Shown here: positions 32,100 through 45,035 of the stretch, piece by piece
How positions within the stretch are numbered: position 1 is the stretch's first letter
How the letters are laid out: the number at the start of each line of letters is the position of its first letter
Assembly (NCBI RefSeq): GCF_000143415.4
Contig: NW_003314262.1
Location: 6,075,531 to 6,139,530 of the forward strand
Direction of reading: 5' to 3'
Length of the DNA stretch: 64,000 nt
From: Selaginella moellendorffii
Lineage: Eukaryota > Plantae > Lycopodiophyta
Position numbers and translations under genes: made by a program
Notes under the pieces: model-generated
Database searches by the model: none
Seen by the model: the letters and a program-made list of their open reading frames with translations, nothing else
What the model was told of the DNA's origin: nothing

Positions 32100-33050
32100 A
32101 GTAGTTATTGCAAAAAACACCAAAGTAGCTTGTGAGCTTCCCAGAGACGAGCGTCTGGGCGCTGTGGCAGCTACCTCTTGTAGCTGGAAGACCTCGGGCT
32201 CGTCACTTCCAAAACTTCCAAGCCGATCCCCTCTGGCGTGAGCACGAGCATCTTCGTGTCCTCCGTCCACGGCCGAGGAATTTCTTCCAGTCCAGTCGAG
32301 TGTTTTCATCCAGTCTTTGGTCCAGCCTTGCCACTAGCGTGCCTCTGGCTCCCTGGCCTTCGGGAGTAGACTCAAAAGCTCGAGCTCATCTCCGCTTTTC
32401 AGGTAATCGAGCTCGTGCCTTCAGGAGCATAACGTCTTCTGTTCGAAGTTGCAGTATCACGGGCAGTCTCGGTCTCCTTGGTGTACTGCTGGTTGGTTGT
32501 ATCTCTCCACAAAACTCACAACCTTTTCCTGGATCGACTCAGGGACGTCGCCACCTTGGAGCCGAGACGCAAACGCGAGACTCTTTTCGCAGTCCCTAGA
32601 AAATGCTCCAGAACACCCGACGCCAGTTCGCCAGGATCCGGGATCGGACTGCTCCATCCAAAATGCTGGCTGCGACACGGTTAGCCTCTGGTTCTTCATA
32701 GCCGAGCTTGCTCAGGAACACTTCCAGCGGAGCCAGTAGAGACTTGTATTGAGCTCTCACGCAGTCGAGGATTGCCTCAGCCGACAATGGTGAGAGAGCT
32801 AGAGCAAACGCGGTTCAAGACGAGGAAAGGGAGGCAGTCGGCAGAGCTCCAGCACGTAGAAAACTGGCTGCAAAGTCGCAAAGCTGTTCCAGCCTGCGCG
32901 AGGAGTGTCTTGATCCTTATACCAAGCTTCCGGCGAAGTCGCAAGGTCGGAAGAAGGCCACTCGCACTGGCAGCGTTTGTCACCTCCGCTGTAGCGTCGT
33001 GGAGTGCTTTGTTAAAGACTCCTACGTAGTCTCCGGGCCTGGCTTTGGTT
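32100..33050 (-). pseudogene. Fragmented coding-like sequence of unknown family
   Basis: GC-rich, protein-like pieces in shifting frames (SAEAILDCVRAQYKSLLAPLEVFLSKLGY..., DVPESIQEKVVSFVERY). Confidence 0.35.
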
Positions 33051-33099
33051 TCGTCCTGTGACGAGTTTAACGTAGACTAGAGCTTTTCTGCCACCAATC

Positions 33100-33640
33100 C
33101 ATCTTTGACAAGAGACTCCATCTCCTGGAACGCGATCATCTCGGGGTATGTCCAGTGCGGCCATGGCGAGGAACCTCTGGAGCTCTTTGAGAGAATGCAG
33201 CGAGACGAGACGGTGGCACCGGCGGCTCAGACCTTCGTCGTGAAGATCAAGGCTTGCCGGGCCTTGGGCTGGCTCGAAAAGGGACAAGAGAACCACAAAC
33301 AGGCTTCCAGGAGCAAGGTCGAGCTGGATCTCTTTGTGGCAAACAGCCTTTTGGACATGTACGCTAGCTTTGAACTCGAGATGTGGTCTCCTCGACGTGT
33401 GTGATCTCCGGCTACGCGCAGCTCGGCGATGGCGAGCGAGGCCTGCGCTGCTTCTTCCAAGTTCCCGAGCCTACGTTGCCGTTTTTTAAAAGCTTGCATC
33501 GCTCTCGCGATCCAGCAGAAGGGCCGGCTCGTCAAAGGCAAGGTGGCGAGGAGCGTCGCACTCGAGCGAGCGAAAGCCCGGACATCACCAGCTGGACGTG
33601 ATCGCTTCCAACCTTGATCGACTTGTACGAAGCATGGCCG
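33100..33640 (+). pseudogene. PLS PPR pseudogene fragment
   Basis: RDSISWNAIISGYVQCGHGEEPLELFERMQ...DLFVANSLLDMYA, then frameshifts. Confidence 0.85.
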
Positions 33641-33924
33641 ACCAGTGGGATCGGCATTCTAAGCTAGGTGTCTGGGTAACTTCGTGCGAGCGAAGCTAGG
33701 GCAAAATAACTACAAAGCGGCACTATAAAAAGAGAGAGAGAGAGAGAGTTATGTGGGTAGAAAATTTCCTTCTAAGGCTTACTGTTTCCAATCAGTCAAT
33801 CGTCGCGACTAAGAGAAAAAGGGCAAACCTATGAACAGCGATCTTAATCGAGGGAGCCTACATTGTTCCAGGGAGCTCACAATTTCACGGCAGAGCAGGC
33901 TAGAGGGACGATTTGATCCAGGGT

Positions 33925-34830
33925 TTCAGGTTTTCGACAGGATGACCAACAGGAATGTGGTGTCTTGGACCGCGCTGATCCTCGGATACGCCCGAGGTGG
34001 CGATGGCGAGACAGCCCTCCAGCTCTTTCAAGTCGTGAAGAACAGTGGCATCGCTCCAAACGCTCTGATCACGTACAGCTCCGTGCTGAGAGCTTGCGGG
34101 AGCGTTGCGGCAGTGGATATCGGCAGGGCGATCATCCGAAAGGCGGGGCTGGAGCTTGAGCCAGCCTTCTCATCAGCCAGTCAAGTCCGGAAGCATGGGC
34201 GAGAGTGGTGTTTGACACAGCTCCGGTGAAAGATCTGGTAACTTGGCCGGGGGCGACGTCGGTCGAGTGCTGGAAACCTTCCACGCCATGCGCAAGGCTC
34301 GAGTTCCTCCACACCTTCCTCTTCATTCTCACGGCTTGCAGCCATGCGGGGCTCGTCGAGAAAGGAAGAACTTACTTTCAGCTCATGAAGTCTCCGGAGT
34401 TTGGGCTCTCTCCAGCGACGGAGCACTACACTTGCATGGTGGACTTGCTGGGACGAGCAAAGCGGCTGGACGACATGCCTTGCGAGCCCGACATGATGGC
34501 GTGGATGACGATCCTGGTGGCGTGAAAGCTGGAAGAGCAGCGTTTAAGGAGGTGTTGAGGTTCGATCGGGACGATGCGGCGGCGTGCGTTCTCATGGCGG
34601 GGATTTACTCCGCGGCAGGAATGCTGGCCGAGAGTTTGGAGGTGGAATCCATGAGAAGGCAGGCGAAAGCGTGCAAGAAACCCGGGCAGAGCTGCGAAGA
34701 AGTTCGTGGCCGTGGACTGAGCCACGACATCTCGGACGAGGAAAAGGTGGCGGCGATTGGATGCGCACGCCAGTTTGCAAGGACTATCACAGCGCCACGG
34801 TCGTGCTGGAAGAAGGTGGTGACGTGACGT
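33925..34830 (+). pseudogene. PLS-E+/DYW-type PPR pseudogene fragment
   Basis: RNVVSWTALILGYA, LTACSHAGLV, EHYTCMVDLLGRA, KKPGQS, SHDISDEEK and VCKDYHSA (DYW relic) spread over several frames. Confidence 0.85.
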
Positions 34831-35241
34831 GAGCCGGTCTCATGTCTTTGGGAATGGCCGGTGTTCCTGCGGTGATTTCTGAAGCTTTTGTATCTAGAAT
34901 TCATGGAGTTCACGGATAGATCATCCCAATACACGCGTGGAAAACAGACTCGACCACTGCCAAACTTCCAAGAGCCAAGCGCTGCTTTGCCTCGATCCGC
35001 GTACCAAAACTCTCGAAAGATCCACGCCATCTCCAATAAAAATGGTAGAAGAAGCTCTGTGCAACCAAATCCCTCGTTTAGGCATGAACTGCAAAAACCA
35101 TCTTTGATCCATGACACGATTAGGTTTTTAGAAAGGTGTGTCATGATCTCCTTGCATCTACTACCTTCTCTACCGTGGCCAGCTTGAGGACGTTGGCGAG
35201 CGTCTCGTAGCGCTGCTCGCGGATCATCCAGATCCGGAAGA

Positions 35242-36373
35242 GTGGAGGCGGCTGCTCGACAAAGCCGTCTTCGTCCACGTGATCACACGTCTCCCTCACG
35301 CTCTCTCTTGCCCAGAAGACTTGTGGCGCCTGCTCAACAAGGACGTCTTCATCCAGGTAATCTGTGTGTGTCTTGGCCGTCGAGTCTAACTCTTCAAGTG
35401 TGTGGTAGACAGTGCCAAGGAAAAGAGAGAAGCGAGCATCAACCTTCGGACGAGATCATCGACGCAGCCCGCGACTACGTGCTTGCTGATGACCGGCGCA
35501 AACGATCATACCTAGAAGATATGGGGCGAGGGCAGTATGCCTACAATAGCGTGGATGCTGCTGTGATGCCGAGGATGGCTGCCATCCTCGAGGACCCAGT
35601 CCAGTTCCGGGACTTCATCCGGAACGAGGAGGGGAAAATAGGAGGAGGAAACGGGTGGGCATTTCTGTGCCGGGACATCAAGTGCTACGAGCGACTTTGG
35701 TTTCGCTTGCTCGAGCTGGGCGTGTTTGTGTCGAATCAATATCCGGTGATGGAGCCGCCGCAGCACGATCTCTTCATGGAGTACATCTACATCGTCGACT
35801 TGGATTCCGGGACTTTCTCGGTCAGCGCCTGCCATGTTGTAAATTCGGGTACCTCCTGGAAGGTAAGCGTTTCTGGATTCCATGTCGGGAGCTTGTTCTT
35901 GTGTCTTTGTGTAGATGGGGAAGATCCCCAAGAACTGGTTTCGGCGCCTCCTAGTTCCAGTGCCCTGGATCGAGCTAGCCATTGCGTACTCGCCCGCTGT
36001 TAAGAGGATCGTCCTGGAGAGGCTCAACCGCAGTGAGAACTTTCTGTTTCGCATGGTGGTCGACAAGCTCAGCGCTCCATACCAGAGCTTCCACGAGTGT
36101 CTCAACATCCTGCAGCTCATCCAGAAGTTTTTGTTTGCCAAGAACAGTAATAATCTTTATGCCAAGGTTACTGTGAACCAGCTGGTGCGTTCACTGTCAG
36201 CAGTTGATCAGTCTCAGGCGGTAAGAAACTCTCCTCTTGAAAGTGTTTTACACAGATTCTTTGTTTTCTTACAGGTGCCACAAGAGGACAAGGATATTGA
36301 GGAAAATGATTTGGGGGAAGAGGGAAACCTTGCATTGCACACGGTCTTAGAGGTCCTGCTTTTTAGGTCGTGA
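35242..36373 (+). CDS. Uncharacterised multi-exon protein; start uncertain
   Basis: Open coding blocks ~35410-35862 and ~35915-36220 with GT-AG junctions; motif DLFMEYIYIVDLDSGTFSVS...KIPKNW. Confidence 0.45.
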
Positions 36374-36514
36374 AAAGTGTAATTTGATTCGTAAAATATT
36401 CTGTGATTTCTCTAATTTAGATTGCTTGGCATATATTCTAAAATAATTTGTTGTAAGTTGCTTGATTTGCTTAATTGTAGTGTTATTGAATAATCCAATT
36501 GATCAATCATATTT

Positions 36515-39500
36515 TGTGAGTGCTTGGAATATGGAAGAAAGGGAATATAGAAATGTGCATATTAATTAGCCCCAAAACCCTAGTTTATATACAGGAGCGA
36601 ATGGTCCAGATTGAAACCAATCCAACGGTTACCAAAATCCCACTACGCTAATATTAATATACGACATCGTAATCATACACTTCGCCCTCACATCATCCCC
36701 TCCCCTCGGGATAATGGAAGACCATCAGGGTTCTCTTGAAGATGGGCCGGGATCCGGAGGAACGTTAGGAGGAGGCATCGGTGGATCTGTAGGTGGTAAT
36801 AACTCCTTCTGATCCCTTTGTACGAAGTGTTTTAGCCGCTGCACATGCACAATCTTTGGAGGATTGGCCTGCTGAACGTCATGCCGAACCCCATAAACTT
36901 GTGGTCCAATTTGTCGCAACACTCGATACGGTCCTTTCCACTGCGCAAGAAACCCCTTAGATAAACCACATACCATAAGATGGGGAAAATGGACTAACAC
37001 CAAATCATCCACTTTATACTCCGCAGGTGGACGATGATGGGAGTTGTAGCGCCGTTGTTGTCCCACTTGTACGCGGCCTAAGTGTTTGGCAGACTCTGCT
37101 CGGACAAGTGGAAGAATGCTCGTCAAATACTGATCCCATGATCTAGCATTGGCAGCACGTGGCAATCACGAAGGCAAACCCAGCTCCGTTGGTAATATTG
37201 GATCATGACCATATAGGAGTTTATATGGTGAAGCACCAACAGAATTCTACACCCCTGTAACATATGCATACCGAAGAGACGGCAAATAACCATCCCAATC
37301 CGAATGCTGAAAGTTCACATACTTCGCAATCATCCCTTTGAATGTCCGAATAAGCCGTTCCACCAGACCGTCTGATTGTGGATGATAAGCACTCGTGAAA
37401 GTGTGGCATATCCCTAACTGAGACATCAAAACATGAAATGCCTCAGCCATAAATGCAGAATCATTATCCGAAAGAATCCGCTCTGGACAAGAATGCTGGA
37501 ACACCACTCGATTGAGGAGGAAGTATTCAACAGCAATTGCAAAGGCGCTAGCAAGAGCACCAACTTCCACCCAACGAGTCAAGTAGTCAGAAACAATAAT
37601 AACATACTCATTGCCAGCAGTCGACCGTGGAAAAGGTCCCATAAGATCAAACACCACTAACTCAAACGGACAGGAAACCGTAATTGACTTCAACCATCCT
37701 TCCGCAGCATGAGGGGGAGTATTACGAGTTTGGCACCAAATGCAGCTACGCACATACCGAATAATATCACGTCGCATCTCCGGCCAATAGAAAGACCTGC
37801 GTAGCTTCTCGGTGACACGACGGTGTCCCATATGCCCATCTAGAACAGGAGAATCATGGTAGGCATGGAAAATTCGCAGAATAAACACCGAAGGCACCAC
37901 CAGCTGTAAATGATCATTAGGATCCGTCCCCACAAAATAAAGAAGGCCATCGTCAAGGCGATATTGAGAATGTAAATGCCGGAAAGGCAAGTCATCATCA
38001 AGGGATGTAGGATTCTCAAACCCATCTTGAAGCCTTCGAATCCACAGCTCAATATTTTGAGCCTCACGAACCTCATCAAGAGAAGGTAGATCTTGCTCTG
38101 CACCTTGTGGACACTGAACGTCAAGGACAGCAACCGCTGACGGCACAGAATCCTCATCTAGAAAATCCACAGATGCTGGAACAACAGGTTCGTCAGAAAC
38201 ATGAGAAGTGAGTGGAGAAGGAAGAGGAGCTCGAGAAAGGGCATCAGCATCAGCCATAGAACTCCCTGGGCGATGAACAACATCGAAATCATATATCTGA
38301 AGCTTCAAAGCCCATCGAGCAGTACGACCAGCCAGGTTCTTCCGCTTCAATAATGAAGTAACAGCAGCATGGTCACCTTCAAGTAACGTCCGAGAACCAT
38401 GTAGATAGGCATGAAGTTTCTCGAAACCCCAGACTGCTGCTAAACACTCTTTCTCCGTCGTGGAGTAGTTCATCTCCGCTAGTTGTAATGTACAGCTTAT
38501 GTATGCAATGGGATGGCGCTGACCCGGCACACTCGAGCTCTCTTGCATCAACACACCTCCAAGACCAATGTCAGAAGCATCCACGCACAAAATAAAAGGT
38601 CGAGTGTAGTCAGGATATGCCAAAACCGGAGGAGTCGTCAATAGTTCTTTGAGATCCACAAACGCTCACTCACAATCCGGAGACCAGATGAAAGATGACG
38701 TTGATGACTTTAGCAACGCTCGCAATGGTGTAGTGCGATCGGAAAGATGATCCACAAAACGACCGAGATACTGCACCTTACCCAAAAAGCGCTGCACATC
38801 ATTCACACACTTCGGAGTAGGGAACTTTAGAACAGCCACAAGTTTGTCAGGATCAACTTGCAAACCCTCACGAGAAATACGGTACCCAAGATAAGTTGTG
38901 TCCTTGGACCCAAACACGCACTTTGACCGCTTCAGCTTTAAACCAACGTCGTGTAGCCGATCCAACACCTTACAAACATCATGAACGTGCTCCTCCCACG
39001 TCCCCTTCGAGTGGATCAAGACATCATCAATGAAGTCAGCAGTCACCTCTGGCATATCGCAAAGAACCTCATCCATCATCCGCTGGAAAGTTGCTGGAGC
39101 ATTGTTCAAACCAAACGGCATCACCAAGAACTCGTACAAACCAAATGGTGTACGAAAAGCAGTCTTAAGAATATCTTCTTCGGCCATCGGTACTTGCCAA
39201 TACCCAGAAGCAAGATCTAGCTTGGTGAACCAACGACTTCGCCCCAGATGATCCAAGAGATCAGTAGTGTGAGGAAGAGGATACACATCTAAGATCGTCA
39301 CTTCGTTTAATGGATGATAGTCAATGCAGAAACGAATACTCCCATCAGGCTTTGTCACAAGATGAGGTTCACATGCCCAAGGACTCTGCGACTTCTGAAT
39401 AACACCCTTCTCCAGCATTTCCTTGACATTTGCTCGTAAAATCTTGATCTCCTTAGGTGACCAATGACGAACAGGAACCTTGATTGGACGAGCATCCCCG

Positions 39501-41520
39501 GTTGGAATCGGATGACGTGTGGCAATCTTGGCCCCAGACGATAAGTCAAATTCAAAGAGATCAGAATACTCCTTTATGAGCCGGTCAACTGCTGCAACAC
39601 AAAGATCGTCGGAGAGATCGGAAAAGGGAAAAGCAGAACAAGATGGAAACACAAAAGGAAAGAGTGGGAAAACAAAAGTAATAGAAGCAGAGGTAGAAGT
39701 AGAGGGACGAAGAGGTATGGAAGTGAAAGGAATGGATGAAACATAAGGAAGTATGAGACAAGGGGGAGAAGCCTCAAAGTCACACTTGGCATGATTGCGT
39801 TGCAACCAATCCATACCAAGAATGAGGTCAAAAGCTTGACTCGGCACTACCCGCAACGACTGCAACTCAAGCTCGAGATCGCCCACATGCACAACCAGGT
39901 CCACCTCATCCTATGCACATGCATGTGTACGGCCCTTGCCATAAAGAATGAAAACTGGTTCCGCCGCACGACGCAAATGTAAACGACAACGTGTGGCAAC
40001 AGGTCGAGCAATAGAAGATAAACTCAAACCTGTATCAACCAACACGGAGAGAATAATAGGAGACCTCTTGTTATAAAAACGAGCTTGGAAAGTAAACACT
40101 GGATGAACCGGTGCCGAGTGAACCCCTTGATGATACTCCCAAAAGAAAGATGGAGGGGTCACTAACTTATTCACGCAAGGTCCCTCCATTACTTGCGCGA
40201 CTCCTCGTTTCCCGGATGCATCTCGGTGTCCAGACCTTCCACTGCAGCAGCACCCACGGGACGTTGCTGACGCCAAGGTCTCCACCCAGGAAATGGAGGT
40301 CGCCAATCCGGAAAACGACGGCAATGCCGATAAGTATGACCAACTTCATCACACGCCCAACAGCGAACATCACGGCCACGACCACGTCCTCGTGATTGTC
40401 CTTGGACTTGAGCAGAAGCAGCATCAACCTCCATTGGAACAAGACCATCACCCATATGATGACGTGCAGAAGGAAGTGGAAGAGGCAATGTCTCATAACG
40501 TTGTGCCAAGCGAAGAGCATCATCAAGGGTGGTAGGAGCAAGTGCATGCACAAGTCCGACAAAATCTTGACGAAGTGCTGGCCACAACATTCCTAGCTTG
40601 ATCCGCTCCGACATATTTGGCTCCGCACGAAGCAAAAGACTTCGGAAACGAACGCCAAATTGCATCACCGACTCAGATGGCCCTTGGTGAAGACGATGCA
40701 ATTGTTGGAAAGCATCATCACAATCATCGGCATGTCCGAAGGCGCGTTTGAAGACGTCCGGGAGAACACTCCAATCCCCACGAGTGGCTGCGCTCAAACC
40801 ATTGTACCACTGCAATGCCGTCCCTTGAAGACACGTGGGAAACTCACGCAACCGTCGAGCATCATCTCAAGAATGATATGTGGCAATCACCGTGAAGTGA
40901 TTAAACCAATGGTACACATCATCCCCAGGATTCCCATGAAAGAACTCCGACCGAACGCGAGGATTGGCACCAAGAGCAGGAGGAGTTGGACCACGTGCCG
41001 TGAATGTCGCCATCAATTGAGTTTGGTTGTTCAATTGCAAGCACATAGCATCAAGCAAGTGGACCAATTGCTGCTCGAGAGTCAAAGGAGGAGATTGCTG
41101 ATTTGTCATGGAGACGAATGAAAAAGAAAGAGCAAAAGAAGAGAAATGACAAAAAGCTATAAGGAAATGGTAGATCTAGACAATGCAAAAAGCTAGATCT
41201 AAACCAAAATCCTAAAAGGAAAGAACAAAAAGAAGGAAATAGAAAAAGCTAAATCTAGATAATGCAAAAGCTAGATCTAAACCAAAATCCCAAATCCAAG
41301 CACTCCTCAAAGACAATCAAAAATGCCCTTGAACTCCACCAATGTGAGTGCTTGGAATATGGAAGAAAGGGAATACAGAAATGTGCATATTAATTAGCCT
41401 AAAAACCCTAGTTTATATACAGGAGTGAGTGGTCCAGATTGAAACCAATCTGACGGTTACCAAAATCCCAGTACGCTAATATTAGTATACGACATCATAA
41501 CCGTACACTTGGCCCTCACA
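36515..41520 (-). mobile_element. Full-length Ty3/Gypsy LTR retrotransposon with 178-bp LTRs, inactivated by stops
   Basis: LTRs 36515-36692 and 41343-41520 (TGTGAG...CTCACA, ~13 differences); TSD ATTT; PBS TGGTGGAG; PPT GAGGGGAGGGGA; gag with CCHC; protease VDTG; RT FIDD; RNase H DAS; integrase H-H-C-C/DDE and GPY; no chromodomain seen. Confidence 0.97.
40150..40213 (-). promoter_or_regulatory. -1 programmed ribosomal frameshift signal (G GGA AAC plus H-type pseudoknot) at the gag/pol junction
   Basis: Slippery heptamer at 40213-40207 in the gag frame, 6-nt spacer, stems of 9 and 8 bp; pol lies in the -1 frame. Confidence 0.85.
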
Positions 41521-42030
41521 ATTTATAATTTGTAAATCAAAATTAATATTATTGCTATTAGATGGTAGAATAAATAATTTGCTATGCGTCACTTGGTTTG
41601 CTTAATAGTAGTGTTATTTCTATTTATTAATCTAGTTGATCAAATAGAAGTTTATAATTATAGACATGTTTATAATTTATAAACATAAAATTAATCTTAT
41701 TCCATTAGATGGTAGAATAAATTAGAATATACTAGGAAGTGTTTTAAATTTTTATAAATTATAAACATATTTATAAATTATAAATATAGGATTAATCTAA
41801 ATGAATAACAACCATTAGATGGTAGAATATCCACAAGCATATTTTAGGTATATTCACTACCACCCCACTCCCTATAGAATTGCTTAAAAAAACCCAAAAG
41901 ATTATACTAGAAAGTGTTTAGGAATAAAGACAAGATTAATCTAAATGAATAACAACCGTTAGATGGTAGAATATCCTAGAATATTTAAATATATTCTAGG
42001 CATATCCACTACCATCCCTAGAGAATAATA
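41521..42030. repeat. AT-rich repeat element with internal tandem duplications; host of the Gypsy insertion
   Basis: TTAGATGGTAGAATA at ~41558, 41705, 41816 and 41959; related to 13690-14160. Confidence 0.8.
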
Positions 42031-42221
42031 TATTCCAACTTCTAAATTATTGAGCCTCTCAATCACACACTCTCTTTTATTTCTCTTTCTTTGCAAAATT
42101 CTCACTCTATCTAGAAAGGAATTCAAATTAGAATTTTTCTCAATCATAGAATATAGCTTCTAGTCAAGTTCTTGCATTTCCTTTTTCCATAATTATTCTG
42201 TTTCATCTTTGGTTTGGGGAT

Positions 42222-44600
42222 TGTTATGATGTTTTCTAAAGTCTTAAGTATAACAAATTCAAAGATAAATATCCTAAGATTTTTAATTGATTGGAAAAAG
42301 GGTGCATTATTGTTTATGACCCTTTCTTTTTATAATTAAACCTTTATAAATAATCTTTTGAATCATTCTCTTTAATTTTGAGTAAAACCATTAACAAATA
42401 TGTGGAATAGTGTTATTCCAATATGAGAGCTGCTAACAAGGTTTTCCAGAATTTAGCAATTATCAACCACATTCTCATGGAGAACTTAAGTCAATTTAAT
42501 AGTTGCCAATGCCCAAAGTGGGCAAGCCACAACTCATTAAGAGGTGGTCAGTATAGCTACATTGTGGGCAAAAGCTAGTCTTCCTCCATGTCTAGTCCCT
42601 ACCCATGCAAAAAGCTATTGCTTGGCATACAACTTGGAAAATATTCTATTCACCATAATATATTTGTAATTGGTTGGCAGCTAAGGATCACCAACTTTAT
42701 AGAGCATCACAACATGGTTGAGTGTTAGGTGTTAGCTTTGACCACGTGGTCAGCATCAGTCAAAAGGAGCTTTTGAGGTAGTTCGGGGGTAGGTACTTTA
42801 AGAGAAGGTGTAGCATAGTTTAGGAAGACTAAATCTTTATCTTTTTTATGCCGGATCATAACATTAGTATCAAAGAGGTTGGTTGTGATGGCCAACCAAA
42901 CTAAACATTAGAATTTTACTACCGATGATGGTGCGGATGGAACTGTAGAGGTTTGGACCATTCAAGATGTTGTTCATGAACTACAAACCCTTAATCAAAA
43001 TTAGTAAAAGATGCAAAATGAGATGCATGACATAATGGATACCATGCATGAGTGTGTTAAGGCACTTGAGGCTAAACGTGGTGGTGTTCCAAGTAAGCTT
43101 TCCTTGGTAAATTGACTCAATATTCCAATCTTTTCTGGTGATGGTGGTGTGGACGAGTGGTTTGTTTGGCTAGCCAATATGAAAAAGTTTTTAACTGCTA
43201 GAGGAACTCAAGATGTAAAGGCTTTAGTGGCTATTCTAGTGGTTTTGCATGATGTGGGTCTTTGGAGGTGGAATTGATTTGAGGAGTCTTGTGTTGTGAA
43301 TAAGAAACCACTAGTGTTTACCATGGATGAGTTTGAGGTTGCTTTTTGTTTATATTTTACCCCTCACTATGATGTGGAGAATGCTTATACAAAATTTTAA
43401 CATTTTCAGCAAAGGAAAAAGATGCTTGGGGATTATATTGAGAAGCTTACTCTCTTGATTACAAGTGTTCTAGCGAATTATCCAAATCAAAATAAGTCCT
43501 ACTTCATTGATGGCCTTCATAGTGAGAGCATACGGTAACACTTGCGTCATTCTTAACTTACAAAGAGTTTGGAGGAACTCTTTGATATGGCTCGTCAGCT
43601 TAACAATGACAAGCATAAATCTTGCAAGCATTTAAGGAGTCCTTTTGTCGAGAATCGTCACGATGATCACCGTGGACACAAAGATGGGAACAAACACCAC
43701 AAATTAAAGTTTGTGGTGGCTACTTTAGATGCAAAGGGGTCAAAGAAGTAGAAGTTCTTTGTAAAGAATTATAAATAGGGTTGTCATTATTGTGGCAAAT
43801 TTGAACATTACAAAGTTGATTGTCCACAATTGAAGAACAAAAAGGCAAACAAAAAGGCCAATCTTCTACTGATGGTAAGTTAGAAACTAAGAAGTTGCAA
43901 ACTTTGCAATGTGAAAATAACAAGGATGACCATTTTGGTCAAAGGAAAAGGCTTTCGATCATTGTTCATTAACTCAACTGTGTGTGGAATAAGATGGAAC
44001 TTGAGAAGCAACTTTAATGCTAGAGGGCATATTCTATGGCGGTCTAATGTGGATTTTATTGGATAATGGGAGCGATGACAATTTTATTTTTGCAAAGTTT
44101 ATTGCGAAGCATAGTCTAGTGACACAAGGAGTTTTTCCATATATGGTGGAAGGTGCAATTACCTTTGCTCAACATTTCGATATTTGTGTAGAGGGGCTGG
44201 AAGTGACGGTTGGCAAAACCACACTTGTGGAGATTTTTTATTTCGCAAATATCCATTATATGGATTTCATTTTTGGGATGCCATAGTTAGTGAAAGTGGA
44301 TCCGGAGATAAAGTGGAGTATTAAGCATGTCTCGTTAAAGTATAGTGGTGTTAAAGATGTATGGTTTGGAGAGAGAATTTAACTTTCTGTTGTTATGCTC
44401 TCCATTACATTTTTGAAGCAAACTTGTTGTAATAAAAAAGCACTTTCAAGTTATTTATTGTTTGTTCGTAACAAAGTATATATGGGAGAGAAGTAGTAGT
44501 ATAGGATGTACTCGACGAATTTACAAGTGGATTTTTTAGAAATTATGCATATATAATAGTTGAAATGCTTCATACAAAGGGATTAAAAACAATTGAGACC
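42222..44600 (+). mobile_element. Old, 3'-truncated Gypsy relic (5' LTR, gag, protease)
   Basis: LTR 42222-42863 with 9-bp terminal inverted repeat TGTTATGAT/ATCATAACA; degenerate iMet PBS TTAGTATCAAAG; protease-like ILLDNGSDDNFI; many stops. Confidence 0.75.
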
Positions 44601-44679
44601 ACCTACAAATCCACTAATGCCTCCTTTTGATGTTCTTCCAGATCGAATCCTAGTTTGTTCACAAGAAAATTTTAATTGT

Positions 44680-44824
44680 TTTCCATAATACTAATGTAAT
44701 AGGATTTTGGTAACCATTAAATTGGTTTTAATTTGAACCATTTGCTTCTGTATATAAATTAAAATTTTTAAGCTAAGTAATACACACATTTCTATATTCT
44801 ATTTCCATATTCCATGCACTCACA
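44680..44824 (+). mobile_element. Diverged partial solo LTR of the 178-bp LTR family, opposite orientation to the 36515 element
   Basis: ...TTCCATATTCCATGCACTCACA is the reverse complement of the LTR end TGTGAGTGCTTGGAATATGGAA; GGATTTTGGTAACC is also shared. Confidence 0.8.
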
Positions 44825-45035
44825 ATATGTTATTAAATATTTTAATTATTTAATTTTTTTATGTTGTAATTTAGTTTTATCTGGTTGTAATTCATCCATT
44901 CCCTTTCGGTATGGGTGTCTTGTGAAGACAGGTATATGTTAAACAGTTCAAAGCTGGAAGTTCAAAGCTAAAGAAATTACCAGATGCCTTTTATGATTCA
45001 TAAGCTCAAATCCTATTCTATTTAAGAAGCTTGCT

